Origin: Octopus bimaculoides
Lineage: Eukaryota
Reading direction: 5' to 3'
Assembly (NCBI RefSeq): GCF_001194135.2
Contig: NC_068982.1
Location: forward strand, 144,665,778-144,729,777
Length of the DNA stretch: 64,000 nucleotides
Part shown: piece after piece, positions 12,690 to 25,574 of the stretch
Layout: each line of letters opens with the position of its first letter
Position numbering within the stretch: the stretch's first letter is position 1
Notes under the pieces: generated by a model
What the model was told of the DNA's origin: nothing
What the model saw: the letters and a program-made list of their open reading frames with translations, nothing else
The model's database searches: none
Position numbers and translations under genes: made by a program

Positions 12690-13075
12690 CTCTTTTACTT
12701 GTTTCAGTCTTTTGACTGTGGCCATGCTGGAGCATCGCCTTTAGTCGAGCAAATCGACCCCAGGACTTATTCTATCAGTCTCTTTTGCCGAACCGCTAAG
12801 TTATGGGGACATAAACACACCAGCATCAGTTGTCAAGCGATGTTGGGGGGACAAACACAGACATACAAACACATACACATATATATATATATACATATAT
12901 ATATACATATATACGACAGGCTTCTTTCAGTTTCCGTCTACCAAATCCACTCACAAGGCTTTGGTTGGCCTGAGGCTATAGTAGAAGACACTTGCCCAAG
13001 ATGCCACGCAGTGGGACTGAACCCGGAACCATGTGGTTAGTAAGCAAGCTACTTACCACATAGCCACTCCTACGT
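12690..13075 (-). mobile_element. SINE family I, full-length young copy
   Basis: Near-identical to 30035-30420 and to the reverse complement of 2198-3066. Confidence 0.85.
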
Positions 13076-13249
13076 CTATAAGATAGGAATTTTGAAAGAA
13101 GTTTCTATAAAACTAGTTTTTAAATATCAAATGACTATGAGGATCAACCAGAATAAAATAGTAAAGGGGTCCATAGATTTTTTAAAAAAATGGTTGAAAA
13201 CCCTTGCACTATATCATCGATCTTATGGTCTTTGTCTAAATGTCTTCTA

Positions 13250-14020
13250 TTTAATACAGTTCCAGAGTTGTTCTGTGTCTTTTGGTGTCATTAGGATTCA
13301 CAAGTACATTTTGATTCCCCTTCACCATAGATCATCTTTTGTTAAACCTGTTTTCACTATTTTCTATAACTGAAGCATAAAAGTCACTGTTAGTCAGGGG
13401 TCTACACCATATTCAGTGTTTCCTATTGCAACTCTTGCATTTCTTTGTGCCATGTACTAGGATACAAATGTTTAGTCAGAGGTTTGATAATTTAATCCTG
13501 TGTTTTGGCTGTCTTCAGTTTCATATATACAACAGAGAGCACCACAGTACTTGCCTTTTTCAACCGAGATGATGTTTTTCTCCATATGTTCTGGAAGATT
13601 TGGGATACTGCTTGATGTAAAGGAAAATGTTATTCACTTCCCTCATCTTTTTGTAAGTACAGGTATATAATTTTTCTCTTTCCTTCTCCTGGATTGTATC
13701 CTGCAGCAAAGAAATACTGTAGTTTATATAAAATTCTCTCATCTACACATTTTTGCTTGTAACTGTAATGGCTAAAAAAGTTCTATGTTGAATTGTTATT
13801 GAAAGAAGACCTGTCTTCACACAGCTGCTATAAGCAAGCTGCAGTATCTGGAATTATGTAAGAGTTGCTACTTTGCAGTCTTCCAAATTATGTAAGTCTT
13901 TGGTACATCTTCAAGTAATTGGTTTTTTTTTTTGTCTTCTGGTGTATTTAGTTCATCTGGTTCATTTAGTTCATTTAGCCATTGTGGTGCTTCGTTGTGT
14001 GGAAAATAATGTGTGGTAAC
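13250..14020 (-). mobile_element. Possible ancient non-LTR retrotransposon RT remnant
   Basis: Fragments HNEAPQWLNEL, EDV....WKTA, GNTEYGV and IENSENRFNK.SM resemble the pre-RT/RT0-2 region of R4/RTE-X-like elements. There are many stops. Confidence 0.35.
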
Positions 14021-14239
14021 CATGTTGGATGTGAAAATATCAAATGTAAATAAAATTTTAAAAGCTTGTGAAGCAAACTTCTTTTATCTGTTGGTATTGA
14101 GAGCAATCTCTTCTTAAGCAATTGCAGTTTGTTTTACATGTAATCCAAACATTTTATTTGGTAACGCTTAAAAAGAATGTGTTTTGAAAGTAGAATCAAA
14201 AAGATGTCTTCACATTAGGGAGTCAACAACAATAAGTCT

Positions 14240-14440
14240 TTCTAATTTTGCACAAGGCCAGTAAATTTTAAGGGGTGGCAGAAATCTATAACACTGACCA
14301 CAGTACTCAAGTGATACTTATTTTACTGACCCCTGAAAGAATGAAGGGTAAAATTGTCCTCAGCAGGATTTGAACTCAAAATGTAAAGAATTGGAGCAGA
14401 TACTGCAAAGTATTTTCAACAATGCTTTGATGCTTCTGCG
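14240..14440 (-). mobile_element. Family-III tRNA SINE
   Basis: Same unit as the 25.6-27.5 kb array. Confidence 0.75.
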
Positions 14441-14926
14441 AGCTTGAATAACAACTATGATGGCGGTGGCAGCAGTGATGGCACCAATGACAACAATTAT
14501 TGGGGACCACTATTATTAATTAAATCAACTTCATTATGTTACTAAAATTTTTTTTTATTAAATCCCAGAAAGTTGAAAACAAAGTTTATTCTGGCATGTA
14601 TTAAACTCAGAATATAATAGGGTGAAATCAAATACTACAAGGAATTGTTTGTCCAGCACTCTAGACCAATGGCAAGAATAGATACATTTATTGACTATGA
14701 GCAATGAATTCAAAACATCACCAAAGCCATGGTATTCTGCTCATGAATAAGACAAATAACTGAAAACATTTCCAATCATACATCATGTACCTTACAGAAG
14801 AAGGAAGGGCAGGGTTGCAGCTGTAAAAACAGAAAATTTAATCCATCAAAACACTACCATTTATGCAAGAAAAGTGTAAAATAGATGCATAACAAAAACA
14901 AACCAAAAATAAATATGGAAAAAAAT

Positions 14927-14939
14927 TATTATTATTATC

Positions 14940-15007
<68 letters not shown>

Positions 15008-15023
15008 TATTATTATTATTATT
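14927..15023. repeat. (ATT)n(ATC)n(ATT)n compound microsatellite
   Basis: Direct reading. Confidence 0.95.
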
Positions 15024-15294
15024 GCTTTTTTAGGGGGTCTGTATGTTGTTAGAAGAGGTTCTGTGTGTTCTGAAAAATTATCTTTGCATCAAAATAATTT
15101 GTTGGTCAAACTAAAGGGGCTTGAAGAAATTTTCGTTGTTGCTTGCTTTCCTTAACAGATAGCTTGTGTCTCAAAGAACATCTGGCCAGGGTGGTTGTTT
15201 TGGATCAGGTTACACCCACTGAGAGATAAACATAATGTGGGGTGAGAGAAGCTAACAGATTGGAACCTTCATTTCAAGACTTTTAATCATGCTA

Positions 15295-15900
15295 TCTTAC
15301 ACTTACACACACACACACACACACCAGTGTAACAGATATACTGTGCTATAAATGCATTCATGTATATACACATACAGTCACACAAGCATATACATGTACA
15401 CACAGATATAGCTATGAAAATCAACATGCACACACATACATCAATGAAACATGATAGACATGAATGCATACACACACATGAACACACACACACACAAACA
15501 CACAATGATCACAAACATAATACATAAGCCTATATAGATGTATTCATACACAACCTAGCTACACAAACCTAGAGACACTATATTCATGCATATATACCTA
15601 TATGGGTATATACAAATATACATATACACATGCACAAATACAATTAAAATTTTGCATGTAAATAATATGCCACACACTATACATATGTGTGTGTATGCAT
15701 ATATATCTCTGATCTGTATCAGTTTCGTAAATACTGTGCACTGAATTTCATATATTAAACACAGGAATTCATACATGCACACACATTTTCATCCATTTAT
15801 ATACATTAGGATATACACATGAATATTCTCTCACACACAAACACATATACGCACACATGTATGCATGTACAAATATGAATTCTGAATATGTGTGTGTTTT
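15295..15900. repeat. Decayed (CA)/(TA) low-complexity tract
   Basis: About 600 bp of imperfect purine-pyrimidine alternation. Confidence 0.8.
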
Positions 15901-16241
15901 TGAATTTAATTGAAGTACAGCTTTTCTTTATATATTGTTTCATTATAGAAAAATTTATACAGAAAAATGCACATGAAATTCAGAAGACATGGACTTCACA
16001 AGCTGTAGTAAAGACAAACCATCTTGTAAAGCTATAAATCTGAACTAAAATTGATACAAAATAGAAGGAACTCTAGTTCTGTTTGAAAAAAATCTTTCTA
16101 GAGTCAGTAGCATGATAAAATGTACTCTGTGAATGCTATAAAGTGACTAGTGATAGAAAAGGCATTCAGAGAGCTTCTCTTTGGTCACACAAGCAGTGAG
16201 AAATAGGCAAATCTTCCTCAAACTGCACTCTGCCATTTTAA

Positions 16242-16462
16242 CCCTTTGGCATTTAGACCAGCAATATCTGGCTAAAATAACCTACTTGCATTATCTTCAA
16301 ACTGGCCAGATCTGGCCTCTCACACTTACCCTGCAATATCATTCAAAAAGTAAACAATTACATCATCGAAATCTCAAAAGTGACAAGACAACACATGATT
16401 AATTTAAAACAATGTGAATAGATAAGCATTACATTAAACAGAGAAATTTGAATGCTAAAGGG
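16242..16462 (+). mobile_element. TTAA-flanked (piggyBac-type) MITE, followed by a second 5'-truncated copy to ~16672
   Basis: TTAA|CCCTTTGGCATT...AATGCTAAAGGG|TTAA. Same family as 29759-29957 and 46908-47521. Confidence 0.8.
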
Positions 16463-17139
16463 TTAAATTGGTCATGTCTCGCCCAAATACTCTTCCTGTT
16501 TTATGTTCAAACCTACCAGATCCAGTCTCTTATACTTACATTACAATGCCATTCTTTAGAATGACAATCACACAACTGAAGTTTCGAAACTACAAGGTAA
16601 TGCATTAATTCAAAACAATGTGAATAAATATGGATTACATTTGACAGAGTAATCTAAATGCTAAAGAGTTAAGAAAAGGAAGTCCCATTAAGCAATGTAG
16701 TCCATAATTTACAAAAAAGATGGAATTATCATGAGTACAGTCATTTCAATCATAAATCTACTTGATTTCAACTGAGATCAACATTACTCAATTCAGGAGA
16801 AACAGCTGAAAAAAGATCAGTTGCCCATCGCATTCATTTAACTTCTTTAGTCAAGTACTTTGTTTATATACAGAGAGGCTGTTTGAAAACATCTGCTGCA
16901 ACTATTTCATGACAATATAAGAATTTACAGAATTGCCCAACCTATGTTAGTAAAGCATTGGCAGATGGATGAAATAAATAAAGAAAGTCTGAAAATGAGG
17001 AAGACCAACTGTTCTCATAGATAAACCGGATCTTTAATGCTAATGGTCATCTTTGATAATGAAAGATATCTTAAGTGGAAAGGCGTGAATACGTAGGTGT
17101 ACATATATCCATACATGTACATAATATGTATACACACAC

Positions 17140-17995
17140 ACATATATAAGCCAAGTAAGATCGTTGCCAGTGCCCCTGGACTGGTTCTTGTNNNNNNNNN
17201 NNNNNNNNNNNNNNNNNNNNNNNNNNNNNNNNNNNNNNNNNNNNNNNNNNNNNNNNNNNNNNNNNNNNNNNNNNNNNNNNNNNNNNNNNNNTGGTCATTA
17301 GTCATTTCCTCAGTGAGGCCTAATGTTTGAAGGTCGTGCTTCACCACCTCATCCCAGGTCTTCTTGGGTCTACCTCTTCCACAGGTTCCCTCAACCGCTA
17401 GGGTGTGGTACTTTTTCACCAGCTATCCTCATCCATTCTCACCACATGACCATACCAGAGCAGTCGTCTCTCTTGCACACCACATCTGATGCTTCCTAGG
17501 TCCAACTTTTCTCTCAAGGCACTTACACTCTGTCGAGTATGCACACTGATATTACACATCCATTGGAGCATACTAGCTTCATTCCTTGCAAGCTTACGCA
17601 TGTCCTCAACAGTCACGGTCCATGTTTCACTGCTATGTAGCATGGCTGTTCGTACACATGAGTCATACAGTCTACCTTTTACTCTGAGCGAAAGGCCCTT
17701 TGTCGCCAGCAGAGGTAGGAGCTCTCTGAACTTTGCCAAGGCTATTCTTATTCTAGCAGCTACACTTTCAGAGCACCCACCCCAGCTACTGACTTGGTCA
17801 CCTAGGTAATGGAAGCTATCAACTACTTCTAGTTTTTCTCCCTGGAATGTGGCAGAAGTTGTTCTCGGCACATTTTCAGTGTTTATTGCTCGTGTGCATC
17901 TGCCACATACAAAAACTATCTTCCTAGTTAGCCTTCCTTTGATATTGCTGCACCTCTTATGTGTTCATAGCATATGTGTCCATTGGATGAAGTAC
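17140..17995 (-). mobile_element. RTE LINE ORF C-terminal fragment (decayed)
   Basis: EKLEVVDSFHYLGD...RIRIALAKFRELLPLL...RTAMLHSSETW...RRLLWYGHVVRM, then GRGRPKKTWDEVVKHDL after a frameshift. Preceded by a Cys/His-rich H.RCSNIKGRL...FVCGRC segment. Confidence 0.9.
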
Positions 17996-19742
17996 TGAAG
18001 AACGACCTGATGCAGTACCAGGCAGTGGCTCTCATGGCTTCTGATCTTAACTGATTGGAAGTGTTATCATGTACATGATTTGTCTTAGTATAAAAGATGG
18101 GCAACAACAAATATTTTGCTGAATACTGCAGATTTGCTTGTTAGTTCCTTGACTGTAATCAGTTGAGCATGTCCCTTAGTGACATATGATATGTGCATCT
18201 CTTGTCATGAGCAGGAGTAGTGGGGGAGCATCGTAGCCATGTGCTGAGAAGAATTATTTGGGGTTTGAATAATTCACTTCTGGAAACATTCAGGGACCTT
18301 TTGAGCAGGATGGGTTACTCAAGCTGAAGAAAATTCTTGATGAGACCCTACTTGCAAGGTCATACACTATTTATTTTGATAGGAGATCACAATGTCACGC
18401 ACATATGGTCGTGATGTATGTACCCGGTGTACTCTTATCAGATGGGTAGTCATGACGGGGTGTATTGGGCTTCATATATTTGTACGTACCCCAGTGTCAC
18501 TTTGATGGTATGCATTGCTCTCTCACTCAATAATAACGATGGTAATGATGATATGTTTAGCTTTTACTTTATTATTTATATTTATTCTCACTGGACAATA
18601 ATAGAAAAAAATTTCCCCCTACATCATCACCACCGCTATGAACACTTCCACCACAAACACTAACACTGGTACCACCACCACCACCACCAGCATGACTAAA
18701 AGACCGTGGGCTGCTTTAACATAAACCAACCAATCCTTTAGATTAAATTAAACAAGTGGAAGCTGACACTAGTAAACAGTTGGTAGACTGTTTGACTTAT
18801 CTTGATATTTCAGGCCATTTCGTTGCTTAACTTCCTGTTATGTATGCAGTTACTACTACTGCAACTACTACTACTACTACCATTGTTGCAACTATCACAA
18901 CTAATAATAATAATAATATAGCTGTAGTTACTGCTGCTATTTCTTCCACCACCACCACCACCACCACCATTAAATACATATATGCCTTCAACCCAGGTGG
19001 GCACATGATCCTGAAAAGCCACAAAAATGGCAAAACACTGATGTCCATCACTCCCAAATGGGACCGAGGGTGAGTTATCTCACCTGTCCATGACTCTAAG
19101 ATGTTTTAACACCAGCGACATGAGAGTTATATACTCTGCAACATAATTGCAGCCACTGGAAAGTACACAAAGCATATACATAAGTATATGTATTTAATAA
19201 TATTTCACACACACACACACATGTATATGTGTATGTATGCACATATATATACATATACACAAATGCATATAAAACAATTACACATACTAGAAGAGCAGTG
19301 ATAGTAATTTAAAACATTTATATACTATTATTTTCATGTATGTTTTATTTCTTGACAGTACTGCTACTGAATATTATCAAGAGTCAAAAAGTTTTGTCGA
19401 ACACTGGCAACCCGGTCACTGACATAACTGCTCAGGTATTAGAATAGTGTGAATAGCCAGGCAGTTAATGTATAAGAAAACAGGCTTGAAATTTCATAGT
19501 CACCAATGCAATTTCTTTTATAGCTGAAGAAGGGTGTTAAATAATAGATTGGATTAAGGGGTAGATATTGTGTTATGATTGGCTGGCTTAAACAATGCTA
19601 TTGTATGATAAATGGTTGGCAATTAATGCTGTATAGTGGGTGTGGTTATACTATAAGTAAGGGGGAGATGGCTTATTTATTTATCTACTTATTCTATTAT
19701 GTTATAATTCATTTTATTAATTAGAGTAAGTGTTGCAGCATT

Positions 19743-20130
19743 CAAGGGTGGGCTGAAAAGTTCATAGGTTGACTATAAAGGAGTGATGCTAGAGCTGTAA
19801 AATCTTGCATGCATTAATTCCAACACTTCTTCTTAATAACTACATTGTTTCTTTGCAGGTAAGCTGACATCTGACTGTTCAAAGAAAACTTCGAATGTAA
19901 CTAGTAGTGATTTCTCTTAAGAATGGACAAAATTTGGCATCGTGGTGTTATCAAGTACCGGTCGAAAAAGGTTTTAGCCTCCAATTATATTCATGCTGAC
20001 ATGATTGCTACATTAGGGGATGATGCTCCAGCTTTATCAACAGTACAGAAGTGGGCAGCTGAATTTAGGAGGAGAAGGGAGAGTCTTGAAGATGACCCAA
20101 GGTTTGGATGTCCAGCAGTTACCACCATTG
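19743..20130 (+). mobile_element. Mariner transposon 5' part (TIR plus N-terminal HTH of the transposase), truncated
   Basis: TIR caagggtgggctgaaaagttc. ORF from 19923 MDKIWHRGVIKY...IHADMIATLGDDAPALSTVQKWAAEFRR.RESLEDDPR.GCP. Confidence 0.85.
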
Positions 20131-20392
20131 AGGCTTATTCTTTCCATGCTCAAATAAGACTTTTCAAATCTTATAAGCAGTGTCTATCTAAACGCTAACT
20201 CAGTCTTCAAAACTTGGGAAGTCTTTCTATTAGATATTTACTTACTTTTTTACTTACCACAGGTAGGTAGATTTCTTATTTCAAATATAGATTTAGTATG
20301 TGAATACCCACCTACCTACCTTGATACCTACACACACACACACACACACATTCCTGCATTTCTTGTATGTGTGTCTTAGTATCATATAATAT

Positions 20393-21677
20393 TGATGCGA
20401 CGACCGAAAATACAGTTGACATTATATCCCTATCTCCCGGGCTGGGTTTTGAACCCGTACTCTGGTCAGTTGGGGAGAATGGTATTTCCTTTGTCTCGTC
20501 GGCAACCACAGCTATTTTTAGCGTAGCTGCCCCTTTCTGGTCAGCGAAAGTTAAAAAAAGGCAGCATAGGAATTGTACCGACCAACCCATCTTGGCAGGG
20601 GGTAAAGTAGCACAATGAGCTATGGTATTTGGGATGAATAGGAGAACAAGAATTGGCGGCAAAAGCAGTTAGCAGANNNNNNNNNNNNNNNNNNNNNNNN
20701 NNNNNNNNNNNNNNNNNNNNNNNNNNNNNNNNNNNNNNNNNNNNNNNNNNNNNNNNNNNNNNNNNNNNNNNNNNNNNNNNNNNNNNNNNNNNNNNNNNNN
20801 NNNNNNNNNNNNNNNNNNNNNNNNNNNNNNNNNNNNNNNNNNNNNNNNNNNNNNNNNNNNNNNNNNNNNNNNNNNNNNNNNNNNNNNNNNNNNNNNNNNN
20901 NNNNNNNNNNNNNNNNNNNNNNNNNNNNNNNNNNNNNNNNNNNNNNNNNNNNNNNNNNNNNNNNNNNNNNNNNNNNNNNNNNNNNNNNNNNNNNNNNNNN
21001 NNNNNNNNNNNNNNNNNNNNNNNNNNNNNNNNNNNNNNNNNNNNNNNNNNNNNNNNNNNNNNNNNNNNNNNNNNNNNNNNNNNNNNNNNNNNNNNNNNNN
21101 NNNNNNNNNNNNNNNNNNNNNNNNNNNNNNNNNNNNNNNNNNNNNNNNNNNNNNNNNNNNNNNNNNNNNNNNNNNNNNNNNNNNNNNNNNNNNNNNNNNN
21201 NNNNNNNNNNNNNNNNNNNNNNNNNNNNNNNNNNNNNNNNNAGAAATACAAAAGAAAGAAGCAGAAGAACTTTGTTGTCAAATGAAACTTGAGACATGAA
21301 CTTTGCGATGTAAAAATGATTGGAAAGCTTATAATTGTTTGGAAACTTTGTCAACGTTATTGAACTGTCATGCCATGTATTGGAATTGTTATTATGTAAT
21401 GCTCTATTCTAATGTTTTAAATGTATTCTGTGATGTTATGTATGTATGTCGGGACAAAAAGAAAAGGTTACCCAACGCATGGTCTTCGTGTTGTTTCTTC
21501 CTCCCCGTCCTATTTGCCTGTGTTGTTCTTCGTTACGTGCTCCAGCCGGGGCTTTATTATCGGTCAGGATTGTACCGACAGACGAATTTGCTAGCTCACT
21601 GAGTGTTGAACGTTCGAGCGTGCGCGAGTCCCCCCTTCGGTGTTGAGGAGGTGCTTCGCGTGCGGGCGTTCGTAACA
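20393..21677. mobile_element. Solo LTR (Gypsy-like), includes an assembly gap
   Basis: Termini TGATGCGA...TCGTAACA (TG...CA, 6/8 inverted match). 4-bp TSD ATAT at 20389-20392 and 21678-21681. CpG-rich relative to the flanks. Confidence 0.7.
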
Positions 21678-22049
21678 ATATGTTATAGCCACTCCTTGAA
21701 TGAATCAGGTGCTTTATTGTAGCTGTTTTTCTCCTTAAGTTGCATGTATGTCAAACATTGAGCTGTCAAGTAGAACCAGGTGTATTTAGTAAGACCCCAC
21801 CAGCACTAAAATAGTTGTTTTTCTGGACTTAATGTCCTGGGTACACCGTATCTTATATTACAGTACCAATGCTACTTGCTGCTTGCCTGATGGAGTGAGT
21901 GCGAGGTTGGCTTTTAGAGTAAACATTCTCCAAGACAAGGCCATTTTTAACATGACTTTTAAATAGCTATATCTGTATTATACCATTTAGTGTTGTACAG
22001 TGCAACAGTTTAAGTTAGATCAGACATGTCTCCTTCACTTCTGGCTAAG

Positions 22050-22106
<57 letters not shown>

Positions 22107-22309
22107 TGATGAGAAACATATTCACAGCTTTTGCCAAGAGGTGTGTGACATATAACCTTGTTAGGAAAATTAGAGTTAGAGATAATTAACTTTGTATGCT
22201 TAAACATATTCAGTAATGCTTTGTTTCACACACACACACATGCCTGCATGTATTTCAGTTGTATAATGCCTAAATTGTTTTTGAGCAAACTAAGAAATAT
22301 AGTTCTCTC

Positions 22310-22742
22310 TTTTACTTGTTTCAGTCATTTGACTGCAGCCATGCTGGAGCACCACCTTTAGTCGAGAAAATCAACCCCAGGACTTATTCTTTGGAAGCCT
22401 AGTACTTATTCTATNNNNNNNNNNGAAAATCAACCCCAGGACTTATTCTTTGGAAGCCTAGTACTTATTCTATCGGTCCCTTTTGCTGAACCGCTAAGTT
22501 ATGGGGACATAAACACACCACCATCGGTTGTCAAGCCATGGTGGGGGCACAAGCACACATACATACATATATATACATATATACGACGGGCTTCTTTCAG
22601 TTTCCGTCTACCAGATCCACTCACAAGGCTTTGGTCGGCCCGAGGCTATAGTAGAAGACACTTGCCCAAGGTGCCATGCAGTGGGACAGAACCCGGAACC
22701 ATGTGGTTGGTAAGCAAGCTACTTACCACACAGCCACTCCTG
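22310..22742 (-). mobile_element. SINE family I, full-length (contains a 10-N gap with duplicated flanks)
   Basis: Same family sequence as the 12.7 kb copy. Confidence 0.85.
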
Positions 22743-23304
22743 CACCGAATTTATTTATATATATTCTATGGTATTCTTTTATCTTTTCAGTCACCAGACT
22801 GTGGCCATACTGGGGCACTGCATAGAGAGTTTAGTTAAGCAAATCTTCTCTAGTTTGTATTTTAAGTTTGGTTCTCATTCAGTTGGTCATTTTAATTGAA
22901 GTGTTACGTTACAGACATAAACAGACCAGTACCAGTTGAGAACAAACACAAACGCACACACACATTCATGCAAACATACACCCATGTATATACATACATA
23001 TGATGGGCTTCCACACAGTTTCCATCTACCAAATTCACTTGGCACAAGGTATCATCATCATCGTTTAACGTCCGCTGTCCATGCTAATGAGGTGGAGAGC
23101 AGAGTCAGTATCTGTTTATGTTCCTTTACATTAAGAGTTCAAACCCTATCCAGGTCAACTTTGTCTTTCAGCCTTCTAAGACTGATAAAATTTGGGAGGT
23201 GGTAGTGGGAGGTATCAGTATAATCAACTCTGATGGTGAAAGTAGTCCCCACCCCACCAGTAAAAAGCCTGAAACCAATTAAGAAATACACATTTGAAGT
23301 AAAT

Positions 23305-23490
23305 TCATCATCGTCATCGTTGTTTAACGTCCGCTTTCCATGCTAGCATGGATTGGACAATTTGACTGAGGACTGGTGAACCAGATGTCTACACCAGGCT
23401 CCAATCTGATTTGGCAGAGTTTCTACAGCTGGATGCCCTTCCTAACGCCAATCACTCCGACAGTGTAGTGAGTGCTTTTACGTGCCCCCA
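23305..23490 (-). mobile_element. RTE LINE 3' terminal fragment adjoining the PLE remnant
   Basis: catcatc...tttaacgtccgctttccatgctagcatg...ggatgcccttcctaacgcc. Confidence 0.8.
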
Positions 23491-23610
23491 GCAGCCTGGT
23501 TCCCTCCTCATTGCGGGAACCAAACCATAGCCTCCATGTACATCATGGAAGCCCCCTGTATGTTGTCCAACATGTCCATTGAAATCAAAGTTAGATAAGG
23601 CCAGTTTATG

Positions 23611-23670
23611 GGAACAACTTGGGTTTCATGTCCATAAAGCATTTAGCTTTATGCCTTATCATCAGATTCC
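23611..23670 (-). ncRNA. Type I hammerhead ribozyme-like motif (left PLE arm)
   Basis: Minus strand reads GGAAT CTGATGA taagg CATAAAGC taaat GCTTTATG gacat GAAA C ccaa G TT GTTCC. Core, 8-bp stem II, GAAA, GUU triplet and stem I GGAAU/GUUCC are present. The base of stem II is decayed. Confidence 0.65.
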
Positions 23671-24055
23671 AAAACCTATTCTCTAGAATATGGAGGAGGA
23701 AAGGACCTTGCTACACAATGTCAACAACAAGGGAATGTCTTCCTTTGGCTATTGATTGCCCTAGAAGATTCAGGCCCCTACATAAATGGGACCAAGTGCT
23801 GTAAACTATGCATTGCGAAATGGGTGGGGATTCTAAAGAACTCCCTCGACCCAAGGAACATCCTTAACTTCAGAATGGAGATCTTTAGACCATGCTTGCA
23901 TTTCAGGAAATTCCTGCCGGCCTATTACAACCCACAGGATAACAGGGCCACTGGTGATCAATAGTCAAAGGGAGACAATCCCCTGTTGTTGACATTGACT
24001 AGCGAGGTCCTTTCCCCCCTCCATATTCTAGAGAGGCCTTAAGCCAACAGGTTTT

Positions 24056-24117
24056 GGAATCTGATGATATGCCGTAAAGCTAAATACTTTATGGATGTTG
24101 AAACCCTGGGTAATCTA
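24056..24117 (+). ncRNA. Type I hammerhead ribozyme-like motif (right PLE arm, ~100 nt after the ORF stop)
   Basis: GGAAT CTGATGA tatg CCGTAAAG ctaaata CTTTATGG atgtt GAAA CCCTGGG TA atcta. Core, stem II, GAAA, near-palindromic stem III and GUA triplet are present. Stem I is partly decayed. Confidence 0.65.
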
Positions 24118-25574
24118 TTAAACCGGCCTCATCTAACTTTATTTATATTATATGCTGCTCTATAACTTAGAGAGTGCTTCTTTTTCAGATTTATGGTTTA
24201 CTGATGACACACACACATACACACACATTTCAATAAGTACTAGGGTTGATTCATTTGACTCAAAATTCTTCAATGCGGTGCCTTAGCATGGCCACAGTCT
24301 AATGGCTGATAAAAATAAAAGATAAAGATAATATATATANNNNNNNNNNNNNNNNNNNNNNNNNNNNNNNNNNNNNNNNNNNNNNNNNNNNNNNNNNNNN
24401 NNNNNNNNNNNNNNNNNNNNNNNNNNNNNNNNNNNNNNNNNNNNNNNNNNNNNNNNNNNNNNNNNNNNNNNNNNNNNNNNNNNNNNNNNNNNNNNNNNNN
24501 NNNNNNNNNNNNNNNNNNNNNNNNNNNNNNNNNNNNNNNNNNNNNNNNNNNNNNNNNNNNNNNNNNNNNATAATAATAAAGGAGTTACGACGCAAAAACG
24601 TATATATTCAGATGAACATATTTATCTTCTTCAATATATATTTCAGTATAAAGAATTCATTAAGAGACTTAATAAATTAAAATTTCTTTACACATCTTTA
24701 GGAATAAATATAACATCAGATAAAATACATTCGGTTTAAAAACACAAACCGTTCATGGCGAAAAAATTTTGAATTAGCTTAACCAATTATTTTTGTTGGT
24801 AGTTAATTTATAATATATATATATATAGAAAGAATGCTTATGCTATATACATATATATGTGAGCATATAAATATGTATGTATTTATGTATGTACTAAGGC
24901 ACTTTTTAAATTTTTTTATTTATCTGCTTTCTGTTGTGATTTTTTCATGTCCAAATATATAAATACATACATAAACACATTGTGGAAATCTTTACTCCCA
25001 GAACTGAGTCCCTCTGGAAATCTATCTCTTTCACATTCTTCTTTCCACCCTGCCTACATCTTCCCAGACAAACTTTAACATAACATACTTTCTTCAAACT
25101 AAACATTAATAGTTCTAACTCCCACCTCCAATATATATATATAAAAAAGAAAAGCAAATAACACACACACACACACACAAATAATCAAAACACAAAATAT
25201 TAACAAAGTAAGTAAAAAAATAAAATAACACCATCAAGCAAACCATTGCAAGCTTATTTTAGAAAATTAGAAAATACAAAAGAGAAAGAAATGTAATGAG
25301 AAACAACAATAATAGTTGACTGCAAGGGATAAGTGAGGAAACAATCAAGGGAGATAATAAATATTTAACCTAAATTAAATGCAGATCTGTCAAAGGAACT
25401 CAAGATACAGGAAAGATAATTTATAAACTGAAAATGTCATCAGAATAGAAACTTAACACATATTAGTCATTTTATTTTATATTATATATTTATGTATTTT
25501 TCTATTTTATGTAGTGGACTCCTGTGGCCAATAAAGAAACTATCATGGCAGTTATTGGAATGGTAATGATAATA

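Larger units (their letters stand above)
23587..24140 (+). mobile_element. Penelope-like element remnant: 5'-truncated C-terminal ORF fragment between inverted ~170-185 bp pseudo-LTR repeats
   Basis: The middle segment translates as EDSGPYINGTKCCKLCIAKWVGILKNSLDPRNILNFRMEIFRPCLHFRKFL, resembling the C-terminal 'PY..G...C.LC..EK..I...LN.R.E....C.H..KF' end of PLE ORFs. 23587-23756 is the reverse complement of 23957-24140 (one short indel plus substitutions). Confidence 0.75.

Noticed and set aside
18000-18535. Segment with faint U2-snRNA-like words next to the RTE fragment
   Set aside because: The matches are short and out of order. It is probably another interspersed repeat, but there is only one copy in the window, so it is not classifiable here.
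22366-22473. 49-bp direct repeat inside a SINE
   Set aside because: Same artefact: a duplicate separated by 10 Ns.
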